Of a stretch of DNA of 64,000 nucleotides, positions 1 to 9,314 are shown piece by piece. Both the position numbers and the translations under genes were made by a program. Below the pieces are notes generated by a model. It had not been told where the DNA came from. It did not search any database and was given only the letters and a program-made list of their open reading frames with translations. Origin of the DNA: a virus (Duplodnaviria > Caudoviricetes); the IMG/VR virus record IMGVR_UViG_3300007770_000580, positions 1,829 through 65,828 of that record; one strand, 5' to 3'. How positions within the stretch are numbered: the stretch's first letter is position 1; each line of letters begins with the position of its first letter.

Positions 1-4
1 ATTT

Positions 5-892
5 TTATCCATTGTTATCTCCTAATTTATTTTTCATAATGTTTAACACATTATCTGAATAGTTACCAAACAAATCATTTATAAATGCTTTTTGTTGATC
101 GTCCGTTAAAGTAGGAAATCGTTGACGTATTTCAGTGGCACTTTTTGCTGGCTCACCCATTACATTAAATGTAATTGTTGGTACAGTGGTCACATAACTG
201 TGATGTTCTAGTGACCTTGCGTTATCCCACCCATCCCATTTTTGCATGTGTGCTGGTTGACCATCTTTTTTAAGATTGGGTCCTTTTGTGGGAAAATTGA
301 ATCTTGGATCATCCGTCATATCTTTCTCGCTTACTGCGTAAAGCACGACGGTATTTTTCATATCATATCTATTTGTAATCTCTTCTGCAACATATGGTTG
401 TTTTGTTTGTACTACAACACCAGGATTGATGCCTGTTAGTTTAATCATCTCCAACTTCTCTTCGAACGAGAATGGAGACTTACCAGGTTCCATTTTGCCA
501 CTTGTAGCAATATAGATATCAGCGATACCGCCATATTGCTTTTTTAGTGTGTTGTATACGCTGGCATGTCCTTTATGAAAAGGATGAAATCTGCCTGGGT
601 ATATTACAACCAATTTTTCGTTTGTTGCTTCTGTTAGACTTGCTTGTATTTCAAAGTCTTGTAAATTAATTTGTTCTACAATTCTGTTAATTTGTTCGTC
701 TGTAAGTTCTTCTGATAATGCAATCTCTACAACACTACCTTCTGGTGTATCGTATTCAACCAAGTCTATATAGTCGTGATCGTCGTCTGACTCAGTAATT
801 ACAGTATCAGTATGCTTTGCTACTGTCGCGGCGAATTCTGCTATTATGGCAGAATTTGTTTCACTTGTTATAAGACGAATAAAATTATCCAT
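5..892 (-). CDS. Nucleotidyltransferase-like protein (HIGH/HxGH cytidylyltransferase superfamily) with an acidic N-terminal domain
   Basis: YPGRFHPFHKGH motif; PFSFEEKLEMI; C-terminal SATEIR. Confidence 0.7.
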   Translation of the reverse strand: MDNFIRLITSETNSAIIAEFAATVAKHTDTVITESDDDHDYIDLVEYDTPEGSVVEIALSEELTDEQINRIVEQINLQDFEIQASLTEATNEKLVVIYPGRFHPFHKGHASVYNTLKKQYGGIADIYIATSGKMEPGKSPFSFEEKLEMIKLTGINPGVVVQTKQPYVAEEITNRYDMKNTVVLYAVSEKDMTDDPRFNFPTKGPNLKKDGQPAHMQKWDGWDNARSLEHHSYVTTVPTITFNVMGEPAKSATEIRQRFPTLTDDQQKAFINDLFGNYSDNVLNIMKNKLGDNNG

Positions 893-1461
893 TAGAAATT
901 GTATAGTACTTTTGTAACAGAACCTTCTGACATTCCAGTAACAACTGCTCTAACCCATACAAAGTTACCTGTAAAGTTATACCCTTTTGTAGATGTTTCA
1001 GCGGCGCCGTATGTTGCAGATGTTCCGCTAATGTCAAACCAATCACTTGTTGACGGACTTGATACTAGTGTGCCTTGTATCTTTACTGTGCCTATAAAGG
1101 CATTTAATGTGTATGCTACAGTATGTAAACCATCAGTATAACCATAGTAGCCATCTGCTTTTTCTTTAGTGCCGTGTGTGCCTTGGAAGTCAACCGTAAT
1201 AGATGCTCCCTCTGCTTCTGTTGCAACGGTTTCTAATACTGTTAATGTAGTTGATGTTCCATCACCATTTACTGTGTATGTTCCATCATTACTACCACTA
1301 CCTGATACAACAACAATATCACCGTCTTTAAAATCACTAAAAGCAATAGTGCCTGTGTTACTAGACACAAAAGTTTTATTTACAGAGTTAAATGTAACTA
1401 CTGATCCTGTTTTATTAGCAATATGTGATGTATTTGGTAAAAGCGTTAAACTGTTTGACAT
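892..1461 (-). CDS. Putative virion structural protein
   Basis: Thr/Ser/Gly-rich beta protein; C-terminal NFTGNFVWVRA motif typical of large-phage structural proteins. Confidence 0.55.
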   Translation of the reverse strand: MSNSLTLLPNTSHIANKTGSVVTFNSVNKTFVSSNTGTIAFSDFKDGDIVVVSGSGSNDGTYTVNGDGTSTTLTVLETVATEAEGASITVDFQGTHGTKEKADGYYGYTDGLHTVAYTLNAFIGTVKIQGTLVSSPSTSDWFDISGTSATYGAAETSTKGYNFTGNFVWVRAVVTGMSEGSVTKVLYNF

Positions 1462-1462
1462 A

Positions 1463-1627
1463 TCATTCTCTTATTATTTCAATAAGTTTACCTGCGCCAA
1501 CTAGTTCTGTTACGATTGCTTCTAGACCTGCTAAAGTTTCCTCATTCATTATAGGTTCTACTTTATCTTCGTCTTTGAGCAGTTCGCTAACTTTGATGAC
1601 AACCATATCTTCGTTGATTTTGGCCAT
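1463..1627 (-). CDS. Small hypothetical protein, 54 aa, missing from the ORF track (MAKINEDMVVIKVSELLKD...LIEIIRE)
   Basis: Hand-translated; GGAG RBS and upstream ATAAATA; fills the gap between minus-strand genes. Confidence 0.75.
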   Translation of the reverse strand: MAKINEDMVVIKVSELLKDEDKVEPIMNEETLAGLEAIVTELVGAGKLIEIIRE

Positions 1628-1668
1628 GTTTGTTCTCCAACTTATATAATATATTTATCGTTAATATA

Positions 1669-2391
1669 CTATAATTCAGACTCAAGAACGTATTTGATAA
1701 TGCGATTAGGACACTTCGTAAGGAACATATTACACATCATAAGTGTGTTTTTATCTTCTACATATAAAAACCCTTGATCTAAGTATAAACCAGGTGATTT
1801 AAAATATCGTTCAGTTTTTCTAGAAAATTTAACAGCATCGCCTTGCGCGACACCCCATTCAAACAACGATTTTGGAATTGAATGTGATATAGAATAGTTA
1901 TTAATAATTACTTTGTATCTATAACGGTTATATGGAAGTTTATTAACAACTATAACATTCTTGTCGTCTAATAGTATAGGAATACATTTTTCGTCTGGTC
2001 GAGATGTACTGTATAGTTGGTCTGTAAATGCTTTTTCTAATGATGTATGGATATCTAAATTATTTGTAAAGATACTAACATGTGGCTCTTGAATACGAAT
2101 AAAGATATCTTTATTTCTTCTTCTATGCTCTGTTAGTTTAGCAAAGGATAAAATTAAATTTTGGTTTTGCCTATAAGCATCCACAAATGAACTAAACAAC
2201 GCTTGTTTCCAACTTGCTCGTTGAATGTCTTCAATATGCGCTTCTATTTCTGCCTCAGTGTGATAGTTTCGTGTTACGTATATACCAGGAATAATAAATG
2301 TAGATTTATACAAATATTTGTTATACCAAAGTTGGTATGATTGTTCTACTTTTACTACATTTTTTATTTTTTTATCTATCGACTGTCTCAT
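1669..2391 (-). CDS. Hypothetical phage protein
   Basis: 240-aa ORF overlapping the end of clpA. Confidence 0.7.
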   Translation of the reverse strand: MRQSIDKKIKNVVKVEQSYQLWYNKYLYKSTFIIPGIYVTRNYHTEAEIEAHIEDIQRASWKQALFSSFVDAYRQNQNLILSFAKLTEHRRRNKDIFIRIQEPHVSIFTNNLDIHTSLEKAFTDQLYSTSRPDEKCIPILLDDKNVIVVNKLPYNRYRYKVIINNYSISHSIPKSLFEWGVAQGDAVKFSRKTERYFKSPGLYLDQGFLYVEDKNTLMMCNMFLTKCPNRIIKYVLESEL

Positions 2392-4693
2392 TGTTATCAG
2401 GTTTAAAATTATCTAAGACAATATATCCATCCTTAGATACAACCTCCTCCGGAATCTTCGATGACGCTTTTTTGTTGTTAGCATTGAATGTAATGTTTTC
2501 TTCATTATCTATATCTACTTCAATTATAGCATCATGTATATTATCGAAAAGTATTTTCTGTGCTAACGGAGTTTTGATTTTCTCACTGATAACTCTTGAT
2601 AGTGGTCTAGCACCCATCTTTGGATTCCAACCTTTATCTAACAAATACTCTTTTACCTTTAATGTTGGTTTTACTAAAATATTTTTTTCCAACATTAATG
2701 TATTTAACTCTCCTATAAACTTATCAACAATTAATAGCATATTTTCTTTGTCTAATTTGTTAAATTTAACAATAGCATCTAATCTGTTTCTAAATTCCGG
2801 TGGAAAGAAGGCTTCTATTGCCTTATCATCTTCGCCTTCACGTTCTAGACTACCAAAGCCTACTGCGTTCTTTTCCATATCAGCGGCGCCTAGATTGGAA
2901 GTCATAATGAGTATAATATTACGCATATCAACTCGTTTACCATTACTGCCACTTAAATAACCATTATCCATTATTTGTAGCATAACATTAGAAACATCAA
3001 GGTGTGCTTTTTCAATTTCGTCTAACAATAATACTGCGTGTGGATCTTTCTCAACATCGTTAAGAAGTTTACCGCCCGCCATTTCAGAGTCTTCAAAACC
3101 CACATAGCCTGGAGGAGCACCAATAAGTTTAGCAACACTATGTCGCTCTTGGAACTCACTCATGTCATAACGCAACAATTTTACACCCAAGTATTGTGCT
3201 AGTTGCTTACACAATTCTGTTTTACCAACACCGGTAGGGCCTGTAAATAAGAACGCCGCAGTAGGTTTGTTAATATCTTTAAGTCCTGCCTTTGATATAT
3301 AAACTTTTTCGCATACTTTATTAATAGCACCGTCTTGTCCAAACACTACGTCTTTAAGATTGCTTTCTAAATTAACGACATTTTCAGATTTTTCTGTACG
3401 TAGTTGGTCAATAGGCATACGAGCCACTTTACTTACTTGCTGTAGTACATCTTCTTTGGTAATAACTCTATCTTTACTACCACTTACTTTGCGTTTAGCA
3501 CAAGCAGTATCAATAAGATCAATAGCCTTATCTGGAAGTTTTTTGTCTGTAATGAATTTAATACTTTTATCTACTGCTGTCTCTATTGCTTCGCTGTGTA
3601 TCTCAAGATTATGAAACTTCTCATAATATTTTTTAATACCTTGTAAAATATCCATAGCATCATCACGTGAAGGTTCGTCAATAACCAGTCTGAAAAATCT
3701 ACGCATTAATGCTCTGTCTTTCTCAAAACTTTTTCTAAAATCTTCCCAGGTTGTGCTTGCTATAACTTTGATATTGCCACGAGATAGTGCAGGTTTTAAC
3801 ATGTTGCTAAAGTCTACACCGCCCTGTGTGCTACCTTGTCCAGCACCACTCATCATATGTGCTTCATCAATAAACAATATTGCGTTGTCTAATTTCTCCA
3901 AAGCAATCAATACATGTTTAATCTTCTCTTCAAAATCGCCTCTATACTTACTGCCGGCAAGTAATAATCCAATCTCTAAACTAAAAATAGTATTGCCTAA
4001 CAAGTTAGCGGGTACATCTTCGTGTTGTATGCGATATGCTAGTCCTTCTACTACTGCTGTTTTACCAACACCCGCATCGCCTACCATAATAACATTGTTT
4101 TTTGATTTACGAGCAAGTGTTTCGGCAATGTCATTAATCTCACTCTGTCGCCCAATAACTGGATCAATCTTTTCTTCATCAACAAGTTTATTTAAATTAG
4201 TACAATATTCTTCAAGTATTTGTAATGCTCTATTTCGTATATTTGCTTTGTCTTCAGGCCCACAATAATTATGATTATAAAAATCTACTAACTCATCAGG
4301 CACAATGCCATGTTTTCTCATAATCCAAGAAGCATATGAACTGTGTTCATTGGTAATACTAATATATAAATCTATTGTTTGAAACTTTTGCCTACCGCTG
4401 AATAATACTTGTGTAAATGCTCTACTAAAAATTCTTTCTAATGCGTGTGTTTTCTTTGGATGTGTTTCTGTAGAATCGATAATATCTTCAAATCGTGTTT
4501 CAATCAACTCTTCAAGTTCAGTTACTAACGCACCATAATTGATGCCAAACTCTTCTAGCATTATTTTAAAGTTCTTAGTTCTTAATAATGATAATAGCAG
4601 ATGTTCAGTTGTTACAAATTTATGGTTATAGTCTAATGCTATCTCCATCGCTTCATTTACTATTGCTTCTATTTCTGGATTTTGTTCAAACAT
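2372..4693 (-). CDS. clpA: ClpA-like AAA+ unfoldase
   Basis: Clp N-domain (TTEHLLL); two Walker A motifs (GDAGVGKT, GPTGVGKT); PPGYVG; ClpP-docking VGF loop; no ClpB middle domain. Confidence 0.92.
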   Translation of the reverse strand: MFEQNPEIEAIVNEAMEIALDYNHKFVTTEHLLLSLLRTKNFKIMLEEFGINYGALVTELEELIETRFEDIIDSTETHPKKTHALERIFSRAFTQVLFSGRQKFQTIDLYISITNEHSSYASWIMRKHGIVPDELVDFYNHNYCGPEDKANIRNRALQILEEYCTNLNKLVDEEKIDPVIGRQSEINDIAETLARKSKNNVIMVGDAGVGKTAVVEGLAYRIQHEDVPANLLGNTIFSLEIGLLLAGSKYRGDFEEKIKHVLIALEKLDNAILFIDEAHMMSGAGQGSTQGGVDFSNMLKPALSRGNIKVIASTTWEDFRKSFEKDRALMRRFFRLVIDEPSRDDAMDILQGIKKYYEKFHNLEIHSEAIETAVDKSIKFITDKKLPDKAIDLIDTACAKRKVSGSKDRVITKEDVLQQVSKVARMPIDQLRTEKSENVVNLESNLKDVVFGQDGAINKVCEKVYISKAGLKDINKPTAAFLFTGPTGVGKTELCKQLAQYLGVKLLRYDMSEFQERHSVAKLIGAPPGYVGFEDSEMAGGKLLNDVEKDPHAVLLLDEIEKAHLDVSNVMLQIMDNGYLSGSNGKRVDMRNIILIMTSNLGAADMEKNAVGFGSLEREGEDDKAIEAFFPPEFRNRLDAIVKFNKLDKENMLLIVDKFIGELNTLMLEKNILVKPTLKVKEYLLDKGWNPKMGARPLSRVISEKIKTPLAQKILFDNIHDAIIEVDIDNEENITFNANNKKASSKIPEEVVSKDGYIVLDNFKPDNNETVDR

Positions 4694-5138
4694 TATCTAC
4701 TCTCTCATGAAAAGTTATACCATCTAAATGGTCAAGTTCATGCTGGAAACATCGCGCCGTTAATCCAGACATTTCTAAATTTTTTTCATTACCTAAATAA
4801 TCATAAAATTTTACTTTAATAGTCTTGCATCGTCTAACTTCTATAGACTCACCAGGAAAACTCAAACATCCTTCTGTTCCTACTTCTGTTTCTTCGCTTT
4901 CTTCTTCTATAGAAGGGTTGAAAAAATACATAAACTTATCCTTAAAGTCCTCACTAAACATAACAAATAGTCTTTTGCTTATACCACATTGTGGTGCGGC
5001 TAAACCAATGCCATTGTTTTCAACCATAAAGCGTATCATATCTACTGCCAACTTTTGTAGTTGAAATGGTTTATCAAACACCACTTCTTTTGCTTTATCT
5101 CGCAGAACTTTTTTAGTAAGTTTAAGTTTTCGTTCCAT
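4686..5138 (-). CDS. def: Peptide deformylase
   Basis: GIGLAAPQ, EGCLS and QHELDHL motifs. Confidence 0.95.
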   Translation of the reverse strand: MERKLKLTKKVLRDKAKEVVFDKPFQLQKLAVDMIRFMVENNGIGLAAPQCGISKRLFVMFSEDFKDKFMYFFNPSIEEESEETEVGTEGCLSFPGESIEVRRCKTIKVKFYDYLGNEKNLEMSGLTARCFQHELDHLDGITFHERVDNV

Positions 5139-5146
5139 AATAATAT

Positions 5147-6037
5147 TTAGTTTGTATTTTTTAGTAATTCTTGTATTAGATCTTGTTGCTCTGTTGTTAA
5201 ATTGCGTGGTATACTTACTTTAAGTTCAACTATTAAATCACCGTATACATTGCTATCCATTACAGGCATACCTTGCCCACGCATACGCATTAATTGTCCG
5301 GGTTGTGCGCCTACTGGTATTTTAATTTTAAGTTCCTTGTCTGTTATTGTTTTAATGACTTTTTCTGTACCTAGCATTGCTTCGAAGCAGTTTAGATTTA
5401 AACTAGTGTATAAGTTTTGTCCATTGCGCTGAAAGTTTCGATCCTCCATTACAATAACATCTACTAGTAGATCGCCGGGAGGAACATCACTTATAACATT
5501 GTCTCCCAAGCCACGCATACGCAAGGTAGTTCCTGTTATAACGCCCTTGGGTATATGTATATCTAAAGTTTTAAGTTGATCACCTGCGTTAAACTGTATT
5601 CGTTTGTTACCGCCTTCAAATGCTTCACGTAAACTGACAGTTATTCTTATATGAACATTTCTATTGTGTGGCTGGCGTTGCTGTCTAAATGGACCACCTC
5701 TCCTTCCAAATGCTCCGCCAAATGCTTCAGCAATGATGTCTTCCATATTTACGCCGTGGCCACCCGCGTGGCCACCCGTAGACCATACAAACGGCCCTTG
5801 CTGTCCACCATGCTGGAAGTTTTGAGGTGCGCCATACTTGCGAAAGTGGTCGTACTCCTGTCGCTTGTCGCTTGTTAGCACATCGTTTGCTTCGTTTATT
5901 TCTTTGAATTTGTCAGCATCGCCGCCTTTGTCGGGATGATGTTTCATAGCCAACTTCCGATAAGCTTTCTTTATAGCCGCAGGTTCTGCGTCTTCATTTA
6001 CGCCGAGTATTTCGTAGTAATTTTTGTTCGCATCCAT
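5147..6037 (-). CDS. dnaJ: Class II J-domain chaperone (DnaJ/CbpA-like, no zinc finger)
   Basis: J-domain with HPD motif, G/F-rich linker, DnaJ_C domain. Confidence 0.9.
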   Translation of the reverse strand: MDANKNYYEILGVNEDAEPAAIKKAYRKLAMKHHPDKGGDADKFKEINEANDVLTSDKRQEYDHFRKYGAPQNFQHGGQQGPFVWSTGGHAGGHGVNMEDIIAEAFGGAFGRRGGPFRQQRQPHNRNVHIRITVSLREAFEGGNKRIQFNAGDQLKTLDIHIPKGVITGTTLRMRGLGDNVISDVPPGDLLVDVIVMEDRNFQRNGQNLYTSLNLNCFEAMLGTEKVIKTITDKELKIKIPVGAQPGQLMRMRGQGMPVMDSNVYGDLIVELKVSIPRNLTTEQQDLIQELLKNTN

Positions 6038-6075
6038 ATGTTATATTTAATTATAACATATTCTTGTGAAATAGT

Positions 6076-6474
6076 CTAGTCAGGATCTTGTTGTGGTACC
6101 CATTCAACCCATTCTATATTGTCTTCATCCCATTCATACACTTTGCCATCATTAGGACAAGGTGTAGGTGACTCCCAAAGACAAGTTGAATCATCTAACA
6201 ACCAACTGTCATAAGGTTTGGGTGGGATAAAAGCATCCCTAGTTGCATCATATGTATAACCGATTCCCGCATAGTTTTTGCGTAAGGCAATACCACCATC
6301 AGGGTTACTACTATATGGAGGATCATTACTACTTGGACCATAATGAATTCCGCCGCTAGTGTTAGTTGTGGTTTCTATCCAGTCGTTTGCATCAACTAAA
6401 GCATCAATAACGTCTTGCTCAGCAACGATAACTTGCGTGACTATTCCGTTTTCAACTTTTGCAAAATGTGCCAT
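6076..6474 (-). CDS. Tail-fibre-associated protein
   Basis: MAHFAK...RKNYAGIGYTYD...AFIPPKPY.SW family, commonly found next to glycine-rich fibre genes. Confidence 0.7.
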   Translation of the reverse strand: MAHFAKVENGIVTQVIVAEQDVIDALVDANDWIETTTNTSGGIHYGPSSNDPPYSSNPDGGIALRKNYAGIGYTYDATRDAFIPPKPYDSWLLDDSTCLWESPTPCPNDGKVYEWDEDNIEWVEWVPQQDPD

Positions 6475-6483
6475 TTATATTTC

Positions 6484-7326
6484 CTAAGCTGTTGAGTATT
6501 TAATAATAACAATCCCCGATCCACCACCATTACGATTACCGTTAATACATCCACCACCACCGTCGCCTGTGTTATCAGTTGTGTCCGATGAACTACCGTT
6601 TTCCGCCCATCCATGATGAGGAATCCAACCGGTTGCACTACCACCTTTTGCATAAGTAACCGCTGAACCGCTGATCGAATTTGATGTACCATCACCACCT
6701 AAATCTCTCTTTGCGCCTGAATACATTGGCGCATTCTGGCCAGCACCTTCATTGTTTGCGCCGCCATATTCTGAACTACCGCCACCGCCACCTCCAAAGT
6801 AGCGGAAATTACCAAGACCATCGGAAGAATTTCCTTGTCCAACCCCGCCTCTGTAGCCTTCTACAGGAGAATAACTACCCTCATTACCAGAGCCGTAACT
6901 GGATGATTGATTACCAGCACCACCTCCTGAGCCGCCATCACTACCTGAGCCAGAAGGGCCAGAGCCACCTGCACCGCCTCCTGACGCGGTAATTGAGGAG
7001 AAAACAGAGTCACTTCCGTCACTTCCATTTCCGCCACCTGCACCAACTGTTACTGATATTGTGCCGCTAACAGCAAATCCCGAACCTGTCCTATAGCCAC
7101 CTGCTCCACCGCCGCCGGCCTTTCCATTACCATTTCCTCCACCGCCGCCGCCACCGACGACCAAGTATTCAACCTCTCCAGAACCAGTTACTACAAAGTT
7201 TCCACTAGAAGTAAAAGTATGAATTGTATAATCGCCAGATGTAGTAATTGTTCCGCCAGTTGCTGAAAATCCACCACCAGCACCTGCCGCTCCCATAAAT
7301 GCTGATTTAAACGCACCAATTGGCAT
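6484..7326 (-). CDS. Glycine-rich domain tail/receptor-binding protein (probable start MPIGAFK)
   Basis: ATGGTIT..YTIHTFTSSG, EYLVVGGGGGG and GGSGIVIIKY motifs; start moved to remove the overlap with the upstream gene. Confidence 0.75.
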   Translation of the reverse strand: MPIGAFKSAFMGAAGAGGGFSATGGTITTSGDYTIHTFTSSGNFVVTGSGEVEYLVVGGGGGGGNGNGKAGGGGAGGYRTGSGFAVSGTISVTVGAGGGNGSDGSDSVFSSITASGGGAGGSGPSGSGSDGGSGGGAGNQSSSYGSGNEGSYSPVEGYRGGVGQGNSSDGLGNFRYFGGGGGGSSEYGGANNEGAGQNAPMYSGAKRDLGGDGTSNSISGSAVTYAKGGSATGWIPHHGWAENGSSSDTTDNTGDGGGGCINGNRNGGGSGIVIIKYSTA

Positions 7327-7328
7327 GA

Positions 7329-7742
7329 CTAACTCATGTCGGCGCCGGCTTGGAATCCGTACCAAATAGTGCCAGCATCTAAAGTAAAAAAAGTATAAAT
7401 ATCAATCTTTCCGCTTCCGCTTGTTACATCAGGAGCAGAACCACCTGCCCATTTAACTGTATTTGGCCAAGTTATAGTTCTATCTGAGGAATCCTGTGTC
7501 CATACTAAAGTAAAAGAACAAGACTTTCCAGTAGGAGATGGATTACTAAAAACAAAAGTAGTATTTTGATCAGGAGTTATAGTGAACACATTACCATTTG
7601 TTATATCAATAGTTACAGAAGCTGCCGCGCTCAATGCCGTTTTAGTTTCTGAATAATCTTTTAATTCTGCTCGTTGTACAACTTGATCTTCAAAATTTAA
7701 TGGATCAGTAAGTATTCTTCCTTTAATTTTTCTTAATGCCAT
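7329..7742 (-). CDS. Tail-fibre-associated protein
   Basis: ITWPNTVKWAGGSAP...DIYTFFT motif. Confidence 0.65.
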   Translation of the reverse strand: MALRKIKGRILTDPLNFEDQVVQRAELKDYSETKTALSAAASVTIDITNGNVFTITPDQNTTFVFSNPSPTGKSCSFTLVWTQDSSDRTITWPNTVKWAGGSAPDVTSGSGKIDIYTFFTLDAGTIWYGFQAGADMS

Positions 7743-7754
7743 AATCTATTCCTA

Positions 7755-9218
7755 TTAACCCCATCCCAAGGACACGGCTTGTATGCGTGTCTCTTTACTT
7801 GCTGATTGGTTATGCGTTGTAATTTTGTATCGCATTGATGTTCCCGATGGTTGCGATGAGATGTCCACGTTATGCGCGGTGAGGATGGTGTGACCGCCAG
7901 TGGTTCCTTGACTTGATAGAGTGGCTTGGGTGTATGTCGTACCGTTATCACGGCTGACCCATGCCTTGAGGTCGGTGTTGACCGTTGCCGTTCCTGCGCC
8001 ATTCGTATAGGTCATCACGATGTCGCCAGTTGTGGGAGTGGCTTGCGCTGTAGTAGCGTTAGATACCAAAGTTAAATCTTCGACGATAGTGAAAGCATCG
8101 TAGTGAACGCCAACAAACCCAGAACCACCATTAGACGGCCCTGCTTGGTTTCCAGAGTCTTGACCAGACCCGCCACCACCGCCACCGCCTGTATTGGCAG
8201 TTCCCGCTGTACCTGTACAGTTCCCTTTACAGCCCGCACCGCCGCCGCCTGATCCACCTGATCCGACGCTTCCGTCTGTGCGCTGTCTTGATCCACCGCC
8301 ACCACCACCAAAGTATCCAGATGCTCCATGTGAAGTGAAGTTAGAAAATAATCTCCCTGCTCCGCCATTGCCGGCGCTTGACGTAGTTGCGGCTGTCCCG
8401 GCGGCTCCCGCGCCACCGCCACCACCGGCATTATTGTTATCGGGGGCAGAGGCTCCTGCTCCACCCGCATTTCCGTAGGCAGAAACAGTTACGCCAGAAA
8501 TTGAAGGAGCCGTCTGCGTACTACTTCCCGCTGTATGAGAAGGGTTTGCGCCGCCCCCTGATCCACCACTATCTGGAGCGGTCCAGTGAGCAACTGATCC
8601 TGATCCCCCACCTATAGCAGTAAGGGTTCCTGTATTTGCGGCAGTGTCAAAAACAGAATTGGCTCCATCGCCACCATTTCCTGTTCCTCCCGCACCAACC
8701 GTATAAGCATACGATGTCCCTGCTGTGACTGGGAATACGGTAGCGTGTAAAATTCCACCACCACCGCCTCCACCGCCGGCAGGGCGATCACCGCCACCGC
8801 CAGTTCCACCACCCGCAACAACTAACACCTCTACGCTTGAGGGGGCGGGGGTAGGCGCTGTCCATGTTCCGCTACTTGTAAATCCGCTAGTCGCTCCTGA
8901 ACCAGAAGTCCCACCAATATAATAATTGGCGGCATTTCGACTTTCATTAGTAGACCCGCGTGCATCAACCCCAGTAGCATCTTCAAACGCATCGACTGTC
9001 TGATCCTGCAAGTTATAAGCGGCCATACTGCCGTTAGCGGCCACTTTAAATGCTAATAAAGCGATGTCGGTTTCTAGGTTTGTGGTATCAACATGACTTG
9101 TTACACTCGCCGCTGGCAAAGTAACTGTTTTACTAGAGAGATTAAGTGTAGATGCTAAATCATCTGCGCCGACTGTTCCGTCTGTAATACCTGCTGTTTG
9201 TATTTTTGTTAATGCCAT
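7755..9218 (-). CDS. Glycine-rich tail-fibre protein, paralog 1
   Basis: MALTKI start; Gly-rich domain; C-terminal domain nearly identical to 9314..11851. Confidence 0.75.
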   Translation of the reverse strand: MALTKIQTAGITDGTVGADDLASTLNLSSKTVTLPAASVTSHVDTTNLETDIALLAFKVAANGSMAAYNLQDQTVDAFEDATGVDARGSTNESRNAANYYIGGTSGSGATSGFTSSGTWTAPTPAPSSVEVLVVAGGGTGGGGDRPAGGGGGGGGILHATVFPVTAGTSYAYTVGAGGTGNGGDGANSVFDTAANTGTLTAIGGGSGSVAHWTAPDSGGSGGGANPSHTAGSSTQTAPSISGVTVSAYGNAGGAGASAPDNNNAGGGGGAGAAGTAATTSSAGNGGAGRLFSNFTSHGASGYFGGGGGGSRQRTDGSVGSGGSGGGGAGCKGNCTGTAGTANTGGGGGGGSGQDSGNQAGPSNGGSGFVGVHYDAFTIVEDLTLVSNATTAQATPTTGDIVMTYTNGAGTATVNTDLKAWVSRDNGTTYTQATLSSQGTTGGHTILTAHNVDISSQPSGTSMRYKITTHNQSASKETRIQAVSLGWG

Positions 9219-9239
9219 TGCTAATTCCTTATGTTTGTT

Positions 9240-9314
9240 CTAATCATTCTGCTTCCTCAATAGTGAGCGTTCCTGCTTCAACGTGAATTGGGGTTCTTTT
9301 CCGAGGTAACTCAT
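9240..9314 (-). pseudogene. Deletion scar: N-terminus MSYLGKEP joined out of frame to a C-terminus HVEAGTLTIEEAE*
   Basis: Hand translation of two frames; the ATG overlaps the upstream stop (TAATG). Confidence 0.5.
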
